From Eubacteriales bacterium (GTDB taxonomy: Bacteria > Bacillota > Clostridia > Oscillospirales > CAG-382), in NCBI GenBank assembly GCA_045600125.1, contig JAZRXH010000109.1:3703-67702 (forward strand): a stretch of 64,000 nucleotides of DNA, written 5' to 3'. Positions 27,955 to 38,184 of the stretch are shown one piece after another (the stretch's first letter is position 1; every line of letters starts with the position of its first letter). Below the pieces are notes generated by a model. It saw only the letters and a list, made by a program, of their open reading frames with translations. It ran no database searches and had not been told where the DNA came from. A program made the translations under genes and the position numbers.

Positions 27955-28947
27955 ATGTTTTGGACTGAAGCCACGGTATACACCACCAATGAAGGCATCG
28001 AGCCCGTTGCGGGCATCCTCCTCATGAACGACATCACCGGCTATTCGGTGCTGGACGCCAAGGATTTCAACGACTTCCTCGAAAAGCGGGAGATATACTG
28101 GGACTATATAGAGGACGAGCTTTTCGCTCTTCGGGAATGTGAAACGCAAGTGACCTTCTACCTCCCCGACAACAAGCAGGGACGGGAAAGACTTGCCGCC
28201 ATAAGGCAGGATCTCGAAAGGCTGAAGAGCGAGGACGCTGAGGCAAAATTCGGCAGACTCACGGTGGAGATCGGCAAGATCGCCGACGAGGACTGGGAAA
28301 ACAACTGGAAGCAGTATTTCAAGCCCTTCCCCGTCGGGAAGAATATCGTGATCAAGCCCACCTGGGAGCCCTTCGAGAAAAAGGAAGGACAGACGGTCCT
28401 CGAGATCGACCCCGCCTCCTCCTTCGGCTCAGGCTCACACATGACCACAAGGCTCTGCCTTGAAAGCATCGAGGCTCTGGTGGACGAAGGCCACAGCGCC
28501 GGAAAGCTCCTCGATATGGGCTGCGGCAGCGGCATTCTCGGCATCGGCGCTTATCTCCTTGCGGGAAGCGACGTGGTGGCGGTGGACATCGAGGAAAACT
28601 CGGTGCGTATCGCCAGGGAAAATGCGGAGATCAACAAGGTGCCGGAAACGAATTTCCACGCATACGTGGGAAACGTCCTCACCGACAAGGCGCTGTATGA
28701 CAGGGTTTGCGAAAACTCTTATGATATCATCGCCGCCAACATCGTGGCGGACATCATCAAAATGATGGCGCCCATGTTCGCAAAGGTTCTGAAGGAGGAC
28801 GGACGGCTCATCGCCTCCGGCATCATTTCGGAGCGTGCGGACGAGGTGGAAGCGGTGCTGAACCGGTACGGTCTTGTCCGGGAAAGCTTCCATGACAAGG
28901 AAGGCTGGGCGGCGATCGTACTGAAGAAAGACGGCGGTAAAGCGTAA
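27955..28947 (+). CDS. prmA: Ribosomal protein L11 methyltransferase PrmA
   Basis: PrmA-like N-terminus starting MFWTEATVY. SAM-MTase motif LDMGCGSGILGI. Start moved to 27955 because the promoter lies within the longer ORF. Confidence 0.85.
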   Translation: MFWTEATVYTTNEGIEPVAGILLMNDITGYSVLDAKDFNDFLEKREIYWDYIEDELFALRECETQVTFYLPDNKQGRERLAAIRQDLERLKSEDAEAKFGRLTVEIGKIADEDWENNWKQYFKPFPVGKNIVIKPTWEPFEKKEGQTVLEIDPASSFGSGSHMTTRLCLESIEALVDEGHSAGKLLDMGCGSGILGIGAYLLAGSDVVAVDIEENSVRIARENAEINKVPETNFHAYVGNVLTDKALYDRVCENSYDIIAANIVADIIKMMAPMFAKVLKEDGRLIASGIISERADEVEAVLNRYGLVRESFHDKEGWAAIVLKKDGGKA

Positions 28948-29708
28948 TGCCGAGATTCTTTCTGAAGGAGGCGCCGCAGGACGGCTGCCACACGCTCACC
29001 CTCACCGGTGACGATGCCCATCATATCGCCTATTCCCTTCGCATGAAGGTAGGAGACGGCCTTGTGGCGTCGGATTTTTTCGGGAACGAATACAAGTGTA
29101 AAATATCTGCCTTCACCAAAGACAGCGTGACGCTGGACGTCCTCGGCGTGTCGAGGTGCGAAAGTGAACCGAGGCTGAAGGTGCGTATCTTTCAGGCTCT
29201 GCCCAAAGGCGACAAGCTGGAAACGGTGGTGCAGAAGGCCACCGAGATCGGCGCTTCGGCATTCGTGCCGGTGCTGACGAGCCGCTGTATTTCCCGCCCC
29301 GACGAAAAGGGCGGTGCAAAAAAAGTGGAACGCTTATTGAGGATCGCAAAAGAAGCCGCAAAGCAGAGCGGCAGAGGGATCATCCCCACGGTATCCCCCA
29401 TCTGCTCCTTCGAGCAGGCGATCGAGGAAATGAAGAAAGACACCCTCTCGCTTATGTGCTATGAGTGCGAGGATAAAAGGTCGCTCCGCTCGGTGCTCGC
29501 CGAGAATGCGGGGAAACTCACGGGTGAGGGATCTGCTTCGGTGTCGGTGTTCATCGGTCCCGAGGGAGGCATTTCCGAGGCGGAAGCGGAAAAGGCAAGA
29601 GAAGCCGGCATTGTCACGGTGGGACTCGGGAAACGGATCCTCCGCACCGAGACCGCTCCGGTCTTTGCCGTGTCCGCTATCCTCTTCTTCTCGGGGGATA
29701 TGGAGTGA
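28947..29708 (+). CDS. rsmE: 16S rRNA (uracil1498-N3)-methyltransferase RsmE
   Basis: RsmE PUA-like N-terminal domain and SPOUT C-terminal domain (GPEGG motif). Start overlaps the prmA stop (TAATG). Confidence 0.85.
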   Translation: MPRFFLKEAPQDGCHTLTLTGDDAHHIAYSLRMKVGDGLVASDFFGNEYKCKISAFTKDSVTLDVLGVSRCESEPRLKVRIFQALPKGDKLETVVQKATEIGASAFVPVLTSRCISRPDEKGGAKKVERLLRIAKEAAKQSGRGIIPTVSPICSFEQAIEEMKKDTLSLMCYECEDKRSLRSVLAENAGKLTGEGSASVSVFIGPEGGISEAEAEKAREAGIVTVGLGKRILRTETAPVFAVSAILFFSGDME

Positions 29709-29813
29709 CCCTTTCGGCAGGATCCGGGAATAAAGCAAAGCAAAACGAAAGAATATAATCCTGCGCCCGGAAGTAAACGGGTGCAAATCAAGGAAAGGTC
29801 AGGTCATAAGAAC

Positions 29814-30593
29814 ATGGCTCAGAAAGCAAAGAAGCTCAGCACAAAGGAAAAGCAGGACAAACAGCTTCGGGAGGACATATCGTCCTTTAAGTCCTCGGTG
29901 GCGTTCATTCTGTTCTGTATCGTCATCGTGTTTACCACAAGCGTTATCAGAGGTCAGCGGGGCGTAAACGTCAAGGCGGCGCTTCTTTGTCAGAAGTGGT
30001 ATTTCATTCTGCCCTTCGCCGTGCTTCTCGCACTCTGCGGCGTATGGCGGTACCTTTCCTTCAAGAAGAAGAAGGACGAGGGACTTTCCTATTTCAACTC
30101 CTACGACGCTCTCGGCATCGCTTTCTTCCTCTTCGGTTATGTCAATATCCTCGGCGGCCTTGCCTCCGGTACGATCACGGCTCTCATCGGTTACACCGTT
30201 CTCTTTGCGGTATGTACCTTCGTGAAACAGTTCTTCACCCGTGATTTCTTTGCGGCGTCCCTCGTCAATGCAGACATTGCGGCGCTCATCGGCATCGTCG
30301 GAAAGAAGTTCACCTTCTCCACCGGCTTCGGAAAAGCAATCGTCTTCATCCTGATGGCAGCCGCTGCCGCTCTTGCCGTGGTTTCCGCCGTAAAAGCCAT
30401 TCAGAATAAAAAGCTTATGAAAGATGAAGGTCTCACCTACCTTCCCGCCATTATTTCGGCAGTGATCGGGATCGTCCTCGTGCTGCTCGTGAAGCTCATC
30501 CCCGCCTTTACCGTGCTCCTTGCCGAAATCGTTCTGCTGGTGCAGTTCGTGGCGCTCGGCGTTGTTTACACGGTACGTATGCTGAACAGATAA
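29814..30593 (+). CDS. Hypothetical polytopic membrane protein
   Basis: Six to seven predicted TM helices. The ORF's first codon at 29781 is GTG; the ATG at 29814 (MAQKAKK) is taken as start. No family recognised. Confidence 0.5.
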   Translation: MAQKAKKLSTKEKQDKQLREDISSFKSSVAFILFCIVIVFTTSVIRGQRGVNVKAALLCQKWYFILPFAVLLALCGVWRYLSFKKKKDEGLSYFNSYDALGIAFFLFGYVNILGGLASGTITALIGYTVLFAVCTFVKQFFTRDFFAASLVNADIAALIGIVGKKFTFSTGFGKAIVFILMAAAAALAVVSAVKAIQNKKLMKDEGLTYLPAIISAVIGIVLVLLVKLIPAFTVLLAEIVLLVQFVALGVVYTVRMLNR

Positions 30594-30667
30594 AGTCCGT
30601 TCTTTGGGCTTCATAATTAGAAATACAGGTTTTATGCCGCAAAAGCGGCAAGTAGGGAGGGTCAAAA

Positions 30668-31753
30668 ATGTCGAACAGATTATTTCAGGGTATCATCCAT
30701 CAGATGAAGGACAACATCGACCGCATGATCGGTGTCATAGACGAAAACGGCGTGGTCGTTGCCTGCAGTGAGCTTGTGAAGATCGGTGAAGAGCGAAACG
30801 ACGTGGTAGAGGGCGTATCCTTCGCCGCCGACGATTTCGTATCCGGCGGTTTCACCTACAAGGCAATCGGTTCCCACTCCAAGATCGAATACATCATCAT
30901 GGTAGAGGGCGATGACAAGGCGGCTTCGGACATCGCTTCGGTGCTTTCGGTATCGCTTTCCAACATCAAGACGCTGTACGACGAAAAGTACGATAAGTCC
31001 AGCTTCATCAAGAACATAATCCTTGACAACATCCTTCCCAGCGACATTTACATAAAGGCTAAGGAGCTCCACTTCACCAACGACGTGTCCCGTGCCGTCT
31101 TCTTCGTCCGCTTCGCCGACAAGACGGACATCATGCCCTATGACATCCTGCAGAACATGTTCCCCGAAAAGAACAAGGACTTTGTCATCAACGTGGGCGA
31201 GACCGACATCGTTGTCGTCAAGGAGGTAAAGCCCAACTGCGATTCCAAGGAGCTGGAAAAGATTGCCTCCTCCATCGTGGACACCATCGGCAGTGACTTC
31301 TACGTAAAGGTCACCATCGGCATCGGCGCCGTAGCGGAGAACATCCGTGACCTCGCCCGCTCCTTCAAGGAGGCGCAGGTCGCCATCGAGGTCGGCAAGG
31401 TATTCGACACCGAAAAGAACATCATCAACTACGAAAACCTCGGCATCGGCAGACTTATCTATCAGCTCCCCACTACTCTTTGCGAAATGTTCCTGCAGGA
31501 GGTCTTCAAGAAGGGAAGCCTCGAAAGCCTCGACAGAGAAACACTGATGACCATTCAGTGCTTCTTCGAGAACAACCTGAACGTATCCGAGACCTCAAGA
31601 AAGCTGTTCGTACACAGAAACACCCTCGTGTACAGACTGGAAAAGATTCGCAAGCTCACCGGACTCGACCTTCGTGAATTCGAGCACGCCATCACCTTCA
31701 AGGTAGCGCTCATGGTCAAGAAGTACCTCGTTTCGAAGCCCGTCAAGTACTGA
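30668..31753 (+). CDS. PucR/CdaR-family transcriptional regulator (sugar-diacid-regulator-like)
   Basis: C-terminal PucR-type HTH (NLNVSETSRKLFVHRNTLVYRLEKIRKLTGLDLREFE). N-terminal GGDEF-like/diacid sensor region. RBS AGGGAGGG. Confidence 0.75.
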   Translation: MSNRLFQGIIHQMKDNIDRMIGVIDENGVVVACSELVKIGEERNDVVEGVSFAADDFVSGGFTYKAIGSHSKIEYIIMVEGDDKAASDIASVLSVSLSNIKTLYDEKYDKSSFIKNIILDNILPSDIYIKAKELHFTNDVSRAVFFVRFADKTDIMPYDILQNMFPEKNKDFVINVGETDIVVVKEVKPNCDSKELEKIASSIVDTIGSDFYVKVTIGIGAVAENIRDLARSFKEAQVAIEVGKVFDTEKNIINYENLGIGRLIYQLPTTLCEMFLQEVFKKGSLESLDRETLMTIQCFFENNLNVSETSRKLFVHRNTLVYRLEKIRKLTGLDLREFEHAITFKVALMVKKYLVSKPVKY

Positions 31754-31774
31754 TCTTTGCAAAACAAAAATAAA

Positions 31775-31820
31775 CGCAGAACTGCGGCGTACGTCCTTCC
31801 CGGCGTGCGCCGTTTTTCTT
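31775..31820 (+). terminator. Putative rho-independent terminator after the PucR-family gene
   Basis: CGCAGaaCTGCG, then GCGTACGtccttcccggCGTGCGC, followed by CGTTTTTCTT. Confidence 0.45.
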
Positions 31821-32019
31821 CGTCCGTTTTCACAAGCCCGTCACAGAAGGCGGGGAAATTTTATTGAAATTCAACACTTAATTTACAAGTGTCGCTTTTA
31901 TATTTCACGTTTGCATGCTATACTGGTGTACAATAGTTTGATAGGATGCGGGTAGTGTCCGCAGATATCGGAAGAATGACAAAAACCGTAACAGGCAGAA
32001 TTGGAAAGGAGCCGGCAGA

Positions 32020-32955
32020 ATGATCCGATTCGAGAATGTAAATAAAACATACGATAAAGATAAATTTGTTCTGACAAACCTGAATCTCACCATTGATGAC
32101 GGGGAATTTGTATTTGTGATGGGCCGTTCCGGTGCCGGAAAAACCACCCTCACAAAGCTTCTTCTCCGCGAAGAAAAGGTAACATCCGGAAAGCTTTTCG
32201 TCGACAATTACCGACTCGACAAAATTCCCAGCCGCAAGGTTCCGTTCCTGCGGAGAAATATGGGCTTCGTCTTCCAGGATTTCCGCCTTTTCGACAACAA
32301 GACGGTATTCGAGAACGTGGCGTTCGCCATGGAGGTACTCGGTGAATCCAAAAGCGCCATTCGTGAAAAGGTGCCGATCGCACTCGGCATCGTGGGACTT
32401 CTCGGCAAAGAAAACTATATGCCGAAAAAACTGTCCGGCGGTGAAAAGCAGAGACTTTGCGTAGCGAGAGCCATCGTGAACAACCCCAGCGTCATCGTGG
32501 CAGACGAGCCTACGGGAAATCTGGATACGGCTCTTGCAATGGAAATCATGGATCTTCTCGTGCGCATTGCGGGCTTCGGAAAAACCGTTATCGTCGTGAC
32601 CCACGCCAGCGAGCTTGTGCGGAAGTACGATAAGAGGATCATCACCCTTGACAAGGGAAGGGTCGTCGGCGACACGAAATACAACCTCAGCCCCGATGAA
32701 CGTGCCCGTGAAAAAGACGAGGACGAGCGGGACGTGGACGGCGAAATAGAAAACAACGAGCTTCTCGGCGCAGCCTATGCCGAAGGGGAAGCAAAAGAAG
32801 ACGAAAACGCACCGGAGACCGGCGCCGAGCCGGAGACCGAGGGCGCTCCTGAAGAGAACGGCGAACCCGAAAAGGTAACGGCAAGCTACATCAGCTTTGA
32901 CAGCGACGCATCGGACGCTTCTGCAGGAAACAGCAAGGACGAAGAAGACGACTGA
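32020..32955 (+). CDS. ftsE: Cell-division ABC ATPase FtsE with about 85-aa acidic C-terminal extension
   Basis: Walker A GRSGAGKTT, ABC signature LSGGEKQR, Walker B VIVADEPTGNLD. The tail is D/E-rich (DEDERDVDGEIENNE...KDEEDD). Confidence 0.9.
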   Translation: MIRFENVNKTYDKDKFVLTNLNLTIDDGEFVFVMGRSGAGKTTLTKLLLREEKVTSGKLFVDNYRLDKIPSRKVPFLRRNMGFVFQDFRLFDNKTVFENVAFAMEVLGESKSAIREKVPIALGIVGLLGKENYMPKKLSGGEKQRLCVARAIVNNPSVIVADEPTGNLDTALAMEIMDLLVRIAGFGKTVIVVTHASELVRKYDKRIITLDKGRVVGDTKYNLSPDERAREKDEDERDVDGEIENNELLGAAYAEGEAKEDENAPETGAEPETEGAPEENGEPEKVTASYISFDSDASDASAGNSKDEEDD

Positions 32956-33064
32956 AGCGGCACGGAGCAGCGGGAAACGGGCAAACGGGCATCCGGCATC
33001 GGACATCCGAAAATCTGCCGAAGATGCACCGCAGCTCTCTTTTATCGGAAAGGAATATACGGAT

Positions 33065-34006
33065 ATGAAAAGATATAAATTCAGCACCTTTATGAGCGAG
33101 GCTCTTAAAGGCATCGTGAGAAACACCCTTTCGAGCACCGTGTCGATCATCAGCCTTGTGCTGGCGCTGGTGGTGCTCGGAAGCTTCTTCCTTCTCAAGG
33201 TGAACATCGAGAAGAATCTGGAATCTCTCGGTGACTTCCACAAGATCGTGGTGTACCTTGAGCTGGACGCAGACACCGAACAGACAGAGAACGTCCGCAC
33301 CAAGATCAAGGAAATCATGGGCGCCTCCGACGACCTTATCGAGTTCACCTCCAAGGAAGCGGCTCTGGAAACAGAAAAAGCAAAATACGGGGAGGAATAC
33401 GCTTATATATTCGATTCCTACAAGGACGGAGCCAATCCCCTTCCGGATTCCTTCACCGTCACCTATTCCCCCGAAGAGTCGGACATCGACTATCACATCC
33501 AGCTCATCTCGGGGCTCGAAAAGGTCGAGAACGTAACGAACCGGAAGGAGATCGCCGACAAGATCACGAACCTCAAGACGGTCATCGAACGGATCACCTC
33601 CGCCATGTTCATCCTGCTTTTCATCGTGTCGGTATTCGTGGTGGGAAATACGCTGAAGCTTACCCACGAGGCAAGAAAAAACGAGATCCGCATCATGAAG
33701 TACATCGGCGCCACCAACTTCTACATAGAATTTCCTTTTGTGATCGAGGGCTGCATCCTCGGTATCGTCAGCTCGCTCATCGCCTACGGAGGGATCCGGT
33801 ACGGTTACGAGCTGATCTGTGAGAACATCACGAAAAACTACGGCAGCGTCGTACAGCTCATCAGCATGAAGGATCCTGCCTTCCCCAATGTGCAGACGAT
33901 TTCGGGAATGAGCTACGGTCTGTTCTTCCTTCTTGCCTTCCTCGCCATCGGCATCCTCACCGGCTTCCTCGGTACGCTTGCCACAAAGCGGCATCTGAAG
34001 GCATAA
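33065..34006 (+). CDS. ftsX: Cell-division permease-like protein FtsX
   Basis: FtsX topology (N-terminal TM, large extracytoplasmic domain, three C-terminal TMs) and its position after ftsE. Start at MKRYKFSTFM (33065) with AAAGGA upstream; the longer ORF overlaps ftsE. Confidence 0.85.
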   Translation: MKRYKFSTFMSEALKGIVRNTLSSTVSIISLVLALVVLGSFFLLKVNIEKNLESLGDFHKIVVYLELDADTEQTENVRTKIKEIMGASDDLIEFTSKEAALETEKAKYGEEYAYIFDSYKDGANPLPDSFTVTYSPEESDIDYHIQLISGLEKVENVTNRKEIADKITNLKTVIERITSAMFILLFIVSVFVVGNTLKLTHEARKNEIRIMKYIGATNFYIEFPFVIEGCILGIVSSLIAYGGIRYGYELICENITKNYGSVVQLISMKDPAFPNVQTISGMSYGLFFLLAFLAIGILTGFLGTLATKRHLKA

Positions 34007-34138
34007 AACAGTCGGAAAGTTACGGAAAAATACGGAAGTTCGGCATGGCAAAGCGGAGAATCCGCACAGGATCTTTCTGATCTCCGCTGAAAAAAGGACA
34101 TTTTTCAGATAAGGAACGACTATTTGAAAGGAGTCAAA

Positions 34139-35440
34139 ATGATCGGAAATAAAATAAGCCGCAGAAGGTTCTGTGCGTTTCTTCTGACGCTTCTTATGCT
34201 CTTTGGCCTTTCGGGGGCCTTCGGCAGGGATCTCTCGTCTCTGCCTCTCGGCACGGCGTCGGCGGCAGGGATCACCGAAAACAAAAAGAATCTGTCCTCT
34301 CTGCAGGATAAATACAACCGGGCGGTGGGAAACCGCAACGCCGTACAGACCAAGCTGAACGCCAAGCGGGGCGAGATCCGCACCAAGGAGCAGGAAAAGC
34401 GGGATCTCGATGAGGAGATCACGGTGCTTACCGAAGAGTTGATGGCGGCGGAGGCACTTCTGGAGGAATACGGCGTATACATCGACGAAAAGACACAGAG
34501 CCTCGAGGATCTCGAAACAAAGCACACGGAACAGCAGGCGATGCTGGGCGATATGCTGAAAATGAGCTACGAGTACGGCGAGACCTCCTATCTCGACATC
34601 ATTCTCGGAGCCGACAGCATTTCGGACTTCCTTCAGCGCCTTGATTTTCTGGCGTATCACATGAAATACTCCAGCACGCTTCTCCGGGAAATGGACAAGA
34701 CCGAAAAAGAACTCACCGAAGTAACGGCGAACCTCGAAAGTGCCCGGGCGGCGCTTACCGAGATCGCAGCAAGCAAGGAACAGCTGAAGGGTGAGCTGGA
34801 GATAAAGCTGGCAAGAGCCGAGGAGGTCCTTGCAGAGCTTCGTTCCGAAGAAGACGCTTACGAAAAAGAAGCGGCGCAGTACGAAAACGACCGCCTCGCC
34901 CTTGAAAGAGACATAAAGGCGCTGTCCGCCACCATAGCGGCGCAGGAAGCGGAAGAAAAGAGAAGACAGGAAGAGGAGAGGAAAAAGCAGCAGAACAACA
35001 GCTCCTCCGGCTCCTCCGGTTCCTCCAACGTTTCCAGAGGCGGAAAGTTGGGATGGCCGCTGAACGGCTACTCCCTTGCCAACAAGTCCAGCAACTACGG
35101 TTACCGTACCGACCCCATCACCGGTCGGAAGTCCGCCTTCCACAACGGCGTGGATATTGCCGTCCCCTACGGAACGAAGATCCTTGCGGCGGAAGCCGGA
35201 ACGGTGGTACGTTCCTCCTGGTACAGCACCTACGGCAACTGCGTCATCGTTGATCACGGCGGCGGTCTGATGACGCTGTACGCTCACTGCAGCGGCTACA
35301 ACTGCTCGGTAGGCGACAAGGTATCCAGAGGCGAATGCATCGCCTATGTTGGCTCCACCGGCAATTCCACCGGCAACCATCTGCATTTCGTGGTCTTTGT
35401 CAACGGCGTTACGACGAACCCCGTTCCCTACATAAGCTGA
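34139..35440 (+). CDS. Coiled-coil M23 (LytM) family peptidoglycan DD-endopeptidase (EnvC/PcsB-like FtsEX partner)
   Basis: Signal/TM, long coiled-coil region, C-terminal M23 motifs (HNGVDIA, GNHLHF). ATG at 34139 with AAAGGAG; the ORF's listed start at 34124 is TTG. Confidence 0.85.
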   Translation: MIGNKISRRRFCAFLLTLLMLFGLSGAFGRDLSSLPLGTASAAGITENKKNLSSLQDKYNRAVGNRNAVQTKLNAKRGEIRTKEQEKRDLDEEITVLTEELMAAEALLEEYGVYIDEKTQSLEDLETKHTEQQAMLGDMLKMSYEYGETSYLDIILGADSISDFLQRLDFLAYHMKYSSTLLREMDKTEKELTEVTANLESARAALTEIAASKEQLKGELEIKLARAEEVLAELRSEEDAYEKEAAQYENDRLALERDIKALSATIAAQEAEEKRRQEEERKKQQNNSSSGSSGSSNVSRGGKLGWPLNGYSLANKSSNYGYRTDPITGRKSAFHNGVDIAVPYGTKILAAEAGTVVRSSWYSTYGNCVIVDHGGGLMTLYAHCSGYNCSVGDKVSRGECIAYVGSTGNSTGNHLHFVVFVNGVTTNPVPYIS

Positions 35441-35528
35441 CAAGGATAAGACGTCAAAAGATTTGCAGATGCAAAAAGTCCGGCGTTCCGCCAAGGGTTC
35501 CATATTTTCCGGAAAGGAATGATCAGAA

Positions 35529-36869
35529 ATGGGAAAGCGAGTTCCCCTCAGTATAACGATCTTCTTAGTCGCCTGTGCGGCGCTTGTATCGTTTCAGATC
35601 ACGTATAACTACGTAAACAACAAGTACGCCTCGAAGCAGGCTGAAATGGTCAGCGGCAAGGCGGCGTTCGCCAAGATGGACACCATCGACGCCATCGTGC
35701 GCAAGTCCTATGTGGGCGAGATCAACGAAAAGCAGTTGGAGGACGGTATCATCCAGGGCTATCTGTACGGTCTCGGCGACAAGTATGCCACCTATCTCAC
35801 CAAAGACGAGTACATGAGCTACACCTCCAAGCGAAGCGGCAAGATGGTAGGCATCGGCATCAAGGTCATCTACGACAACACGCTGGGCGGCATCTACGTC
35901 ACCAACGTGGTAAAGGACTCCCCTGCTCTGACCGCCGGTCTCTGCGCCGGCGACCTGATCACGGCGGTGGACGGTCTGAGCATTGCCGAAAGAGGCTATT
36001 ACAACACCATTACCTACATCAGCAGCGGCAGTGAGGGGGATGTGGTGACCCTCAAGGTACTGAAGGGTCCCGACTTCTACTCCGAGGCGGAATACGTCAT
36101 CGAGCGTGCCGTGGTCAGTTCCCCCACCGTTACCTCCGAACAGCTTCCGGACAACGTGGGGCTTGTGACGATCACCGAGTTCACCAAGAACACCCCCGCC
36201 GAATTTACGTCAGCGGTCGAAGAGCTGCGGAGGAACGGAAGCACTTCTCTGGTATTCGATCTTCGCAACAACCCCGGCGGTGATCTGGACGGCATCCGTG
36301 GCGTTCTTGACTACCTCCTTCCCGAAGGACCGATCATCCGGATCATTTCCAAGGACGGAAGCGAGCAGGTGCTCTCCTCCGACGCCGCCTGCGTAGAGCT
36401 TCCCATGGCGGTCGTGGTGAACGGCAACACGGCAAGCGCCGCAGAGCTCTTTACGAGCGCTCTCAAGGACTATAAGAAGGCGACGGTCGTCGGTGCCACC
36501 ACCTACGGAAAAGGCACTATGCAGACCATGATGCAGCTGGCAGACGGCAGTGCGCTTTCGGTTTCCACCCAGATGTACAATCCTCCCTACTCCGAGAACT
36601 ACGAGGGCAAGGGCGTCGTTCCCGACCTTGTGGTAGAACTGAGCGCCGAGCAGCTGGCGCAGTATTACATGCTGACTCCCGAAAACGATCCTCAGCTTTC
36701 CAAGGCGATCGGCGTGGTGAAGAGCAAGAGGAATCTTGCGGATGCGGCAGTAGAGGCAAATCAAGCCGAAACAGTCGAAAACACCGAGAACACGGAAAAT
36801 GCGGAAAACGCAGAGACCACCGAAGCAGCAGATGCCGCAGCGGATAATTCCGAACAAGCACAGTCCTGA
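35529..36869 (+). CDS. ctpA: Carboxyl-terminal processing protease (S41 family, CtpA/CtpB-like) with PDZ domain
   Basis: PDZ (GDLITAVDG). S41 catalytic Ser and Lys motifs (GNTASAAELFTSAL; KGTMQ). Low-complexity ENTENTENAENAE tail. Confidence 0.85.
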   Translation: MGKRVPLSITIFLVACAALVSFQITYNYVNNKYASKQAEMVSGKAAFAKMDTIDAIVRKSYVGEINEKQLEDGIIQGYLYGLGDKYATYLTKDEYMSYTSKRSGKMVGIGIKVIYDNTLGGIYVTNVVKDSPALTAGLCAGDLITAVDGLSIAERGYYNTITYISSGSEGDVVTLKVLKGPDFYSEAEYVIERAVVSSPTVTSEQLPDNVGLVTITEFTKNTPAEFTSAVEELRRNGSTSLVFDLRNNPGGDLDGIRGVLDYLLPEGPIIRIISKDGSEQVLSSDAACVELPMAVVVNGNTASAAELFTSALKDYKKATVVGATTYGKGTMQTMMQLADGSALSVSTQMYNPPYSENYEGKGVVPDLVVELSAEQLAQYYMLTPENDPQLSKAIGVVKSKRNLADAAVEANQAETVENTENTENAENAETTEAADAAADNSEQAQS

Positions 36870-36934
36870 TAAGCAATAGCCCCAAAACAAAATAACAGAA
36901 AGGAATGTCTTCGCCTCGTGCGAAGGTCACGGTG

Positions 36935-37351
36935 ATGACCATGAAAACCTTTTTGATTCTTTTAGTTGTTGGTCTGATCCTGATTCTGGTCGGGATCCTC
37001 TGCCTTACAAAAGGCGTAAAGAAAAAGAACCGCTGCTCAGCCTCGGCTCCGGCGGTGATCGTTGAGGTTCAGGTGGACGACGATGAAGCCGGGCGGGAAG
37101 GAACAAGAAAAAAATACACCTACACCCCGGTCTATGAGTTCACGACGCCTCTCGGGTATGTGCGCAAAACCGGCGGCATATACAGCCACTCGAAGAGCCG
37201 CTTCAAGGTAGGGCAGACCACCGAGGTAAAGTACGATCCGGCAAAGCCGGACGATTTCCTCGTGGGCGGCAAGATCAGCGGTCTTGCTTTTGACGTCTCG
37301 CTCATTCTCTTCGGTATTCTGGTGATCGTCCTCGCCTTCACACAGCTATAA
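36935..37351 (+). CDS. DUF3592-family small membrane protein
   Basis: TM helix, beta-rich middle, TM helix architecture, with characteristic YxPxYxF and KVGQTxxVxYDP segments. Start ambiguous (36905, 36935 or 36941). Confidence 0.55.
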   Translation: MTMKTFLILLVVGLILILVGILCLTKGVKKKNRCSASAPAVIVEVQVDDDEAGREGTRKKYTYTPVYEFTTPLGYVRKTGGIYSHSKSRFKVGQTTEVKYDPAKPDDFLVGGKISGLAFDVSLILFGILVIVLAFTQL

Positions 37352-37367
37352 ACGGACAATGACAGCT

Positions 37368-37403
37368 CCCCGCCAAAGGTTCGTCCTTTGGCGGGGATTT
37401 CAT
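37368..37403 (+). terminator. Terminator at left edge of the AT-rich islet
   Basis: CCCCGCCAAAGG-ttcgt-CCTTTGGCGGGG followed by ATTTCAT (weak T tract). Confidence 0.45.
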
Positions 37404-37529
37404 CAAAGACATTTTTCGGTTCATCTGCCAAAACGTTCAGCAGGTGTTTTTTCGCCCTATTTGGAAACAAGCGTAAAACTGCACGGCGAATTCACACCCG
37501 AAGGGTATTTCACAAATCACGCAAGGCAT

Positions 37530-38165
37530 TTATTTTAATGAGGAGCCACAGTATTCACATTCTCCCATATCGCCTATAATAGTATTGTTTGCACCACAGC
37601 AAGGGCAAGCGACAATTTTTTTTGTAACACTGTTTGTGGTTGTATTTACCGTTGCCCCAACCTGCTCTTGAATTTCGGTATTCGGTAAAACAACCTCTCT
37701 TGTACCTTCGTTGATATAAGCATTTTTCAAATATCCTTTACTTATCAGTTTTTGAATATCATTTTTAGCCACATCGTAAGATTTACCAATTGATGAAGCT
37801 ATAACATCAATTTGTCTTTCGTTTTCATTTACAATAACAGATAAATACTTCTTAACATCTTCAGCATCCTTCTTGGTTTTTTTTGAAACTTTCTGTAAGA
37901 CAAATCCGGCGATACCAAAAAACAATATCATACCAATATCATCTGAGCCAAAACCTTCGCTCAAACAAGCAACAAATCCAATTCCGGCAATGCAATATGA
38001 TGCAATGCCAATACCACCTATAAGTTTTCCGGCACCCATAGCTGCTTTCTTGTCAACGGATATGCGCTTTATTATCAAAAATACACCTACTGGCCAAAAA
38101 ATACATAATGCCAAAATTATTATCGGCCATGAATATAACATGCTGATTTCACCTTTTTCATTCAC
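37530..38165 (-). CDS. Membrane protein with C-terminal zinc ribbon (YdjG-like), third gene of islet cassette
   Basis: Two to three TM helices, then a soluble domain ending CPCCGANNTIIGDMGECEYCG. GTG start at 38165 with GGGAGG 9 nt upstream (alternative ATG at 38141). 19-nt gap from the upstream gene. Confidence 0.55.
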   Translation of the reverse strand: MNEKGEISMLYSWPIIILALCIFWPVGVFLIIKRISVDKKAAMGAGKLIGGIGIASYCIAGIGFVACLSEGFGSDDIGMILFFGIAGFVLQKVSKKTKKDAEDVKKYLSVIVNENERQIDVIASSIGKSYDVAKNDIQKLISKGYLKNAYINEGTREVVLPNTEIQEQVGATVNTTTNSVTKKIVACPCCGANNTIIGDMGECEYCGSSLK

Positions 38166-38184
38166 TTTAAATTACCTCCCAAAT

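Noticed and set aside
32891-35503. 870-aa minus-strand ORF
   Set aside because: Antisense across ftsX and the M23 peptidase gene. It has no motifs and spans two real genes.
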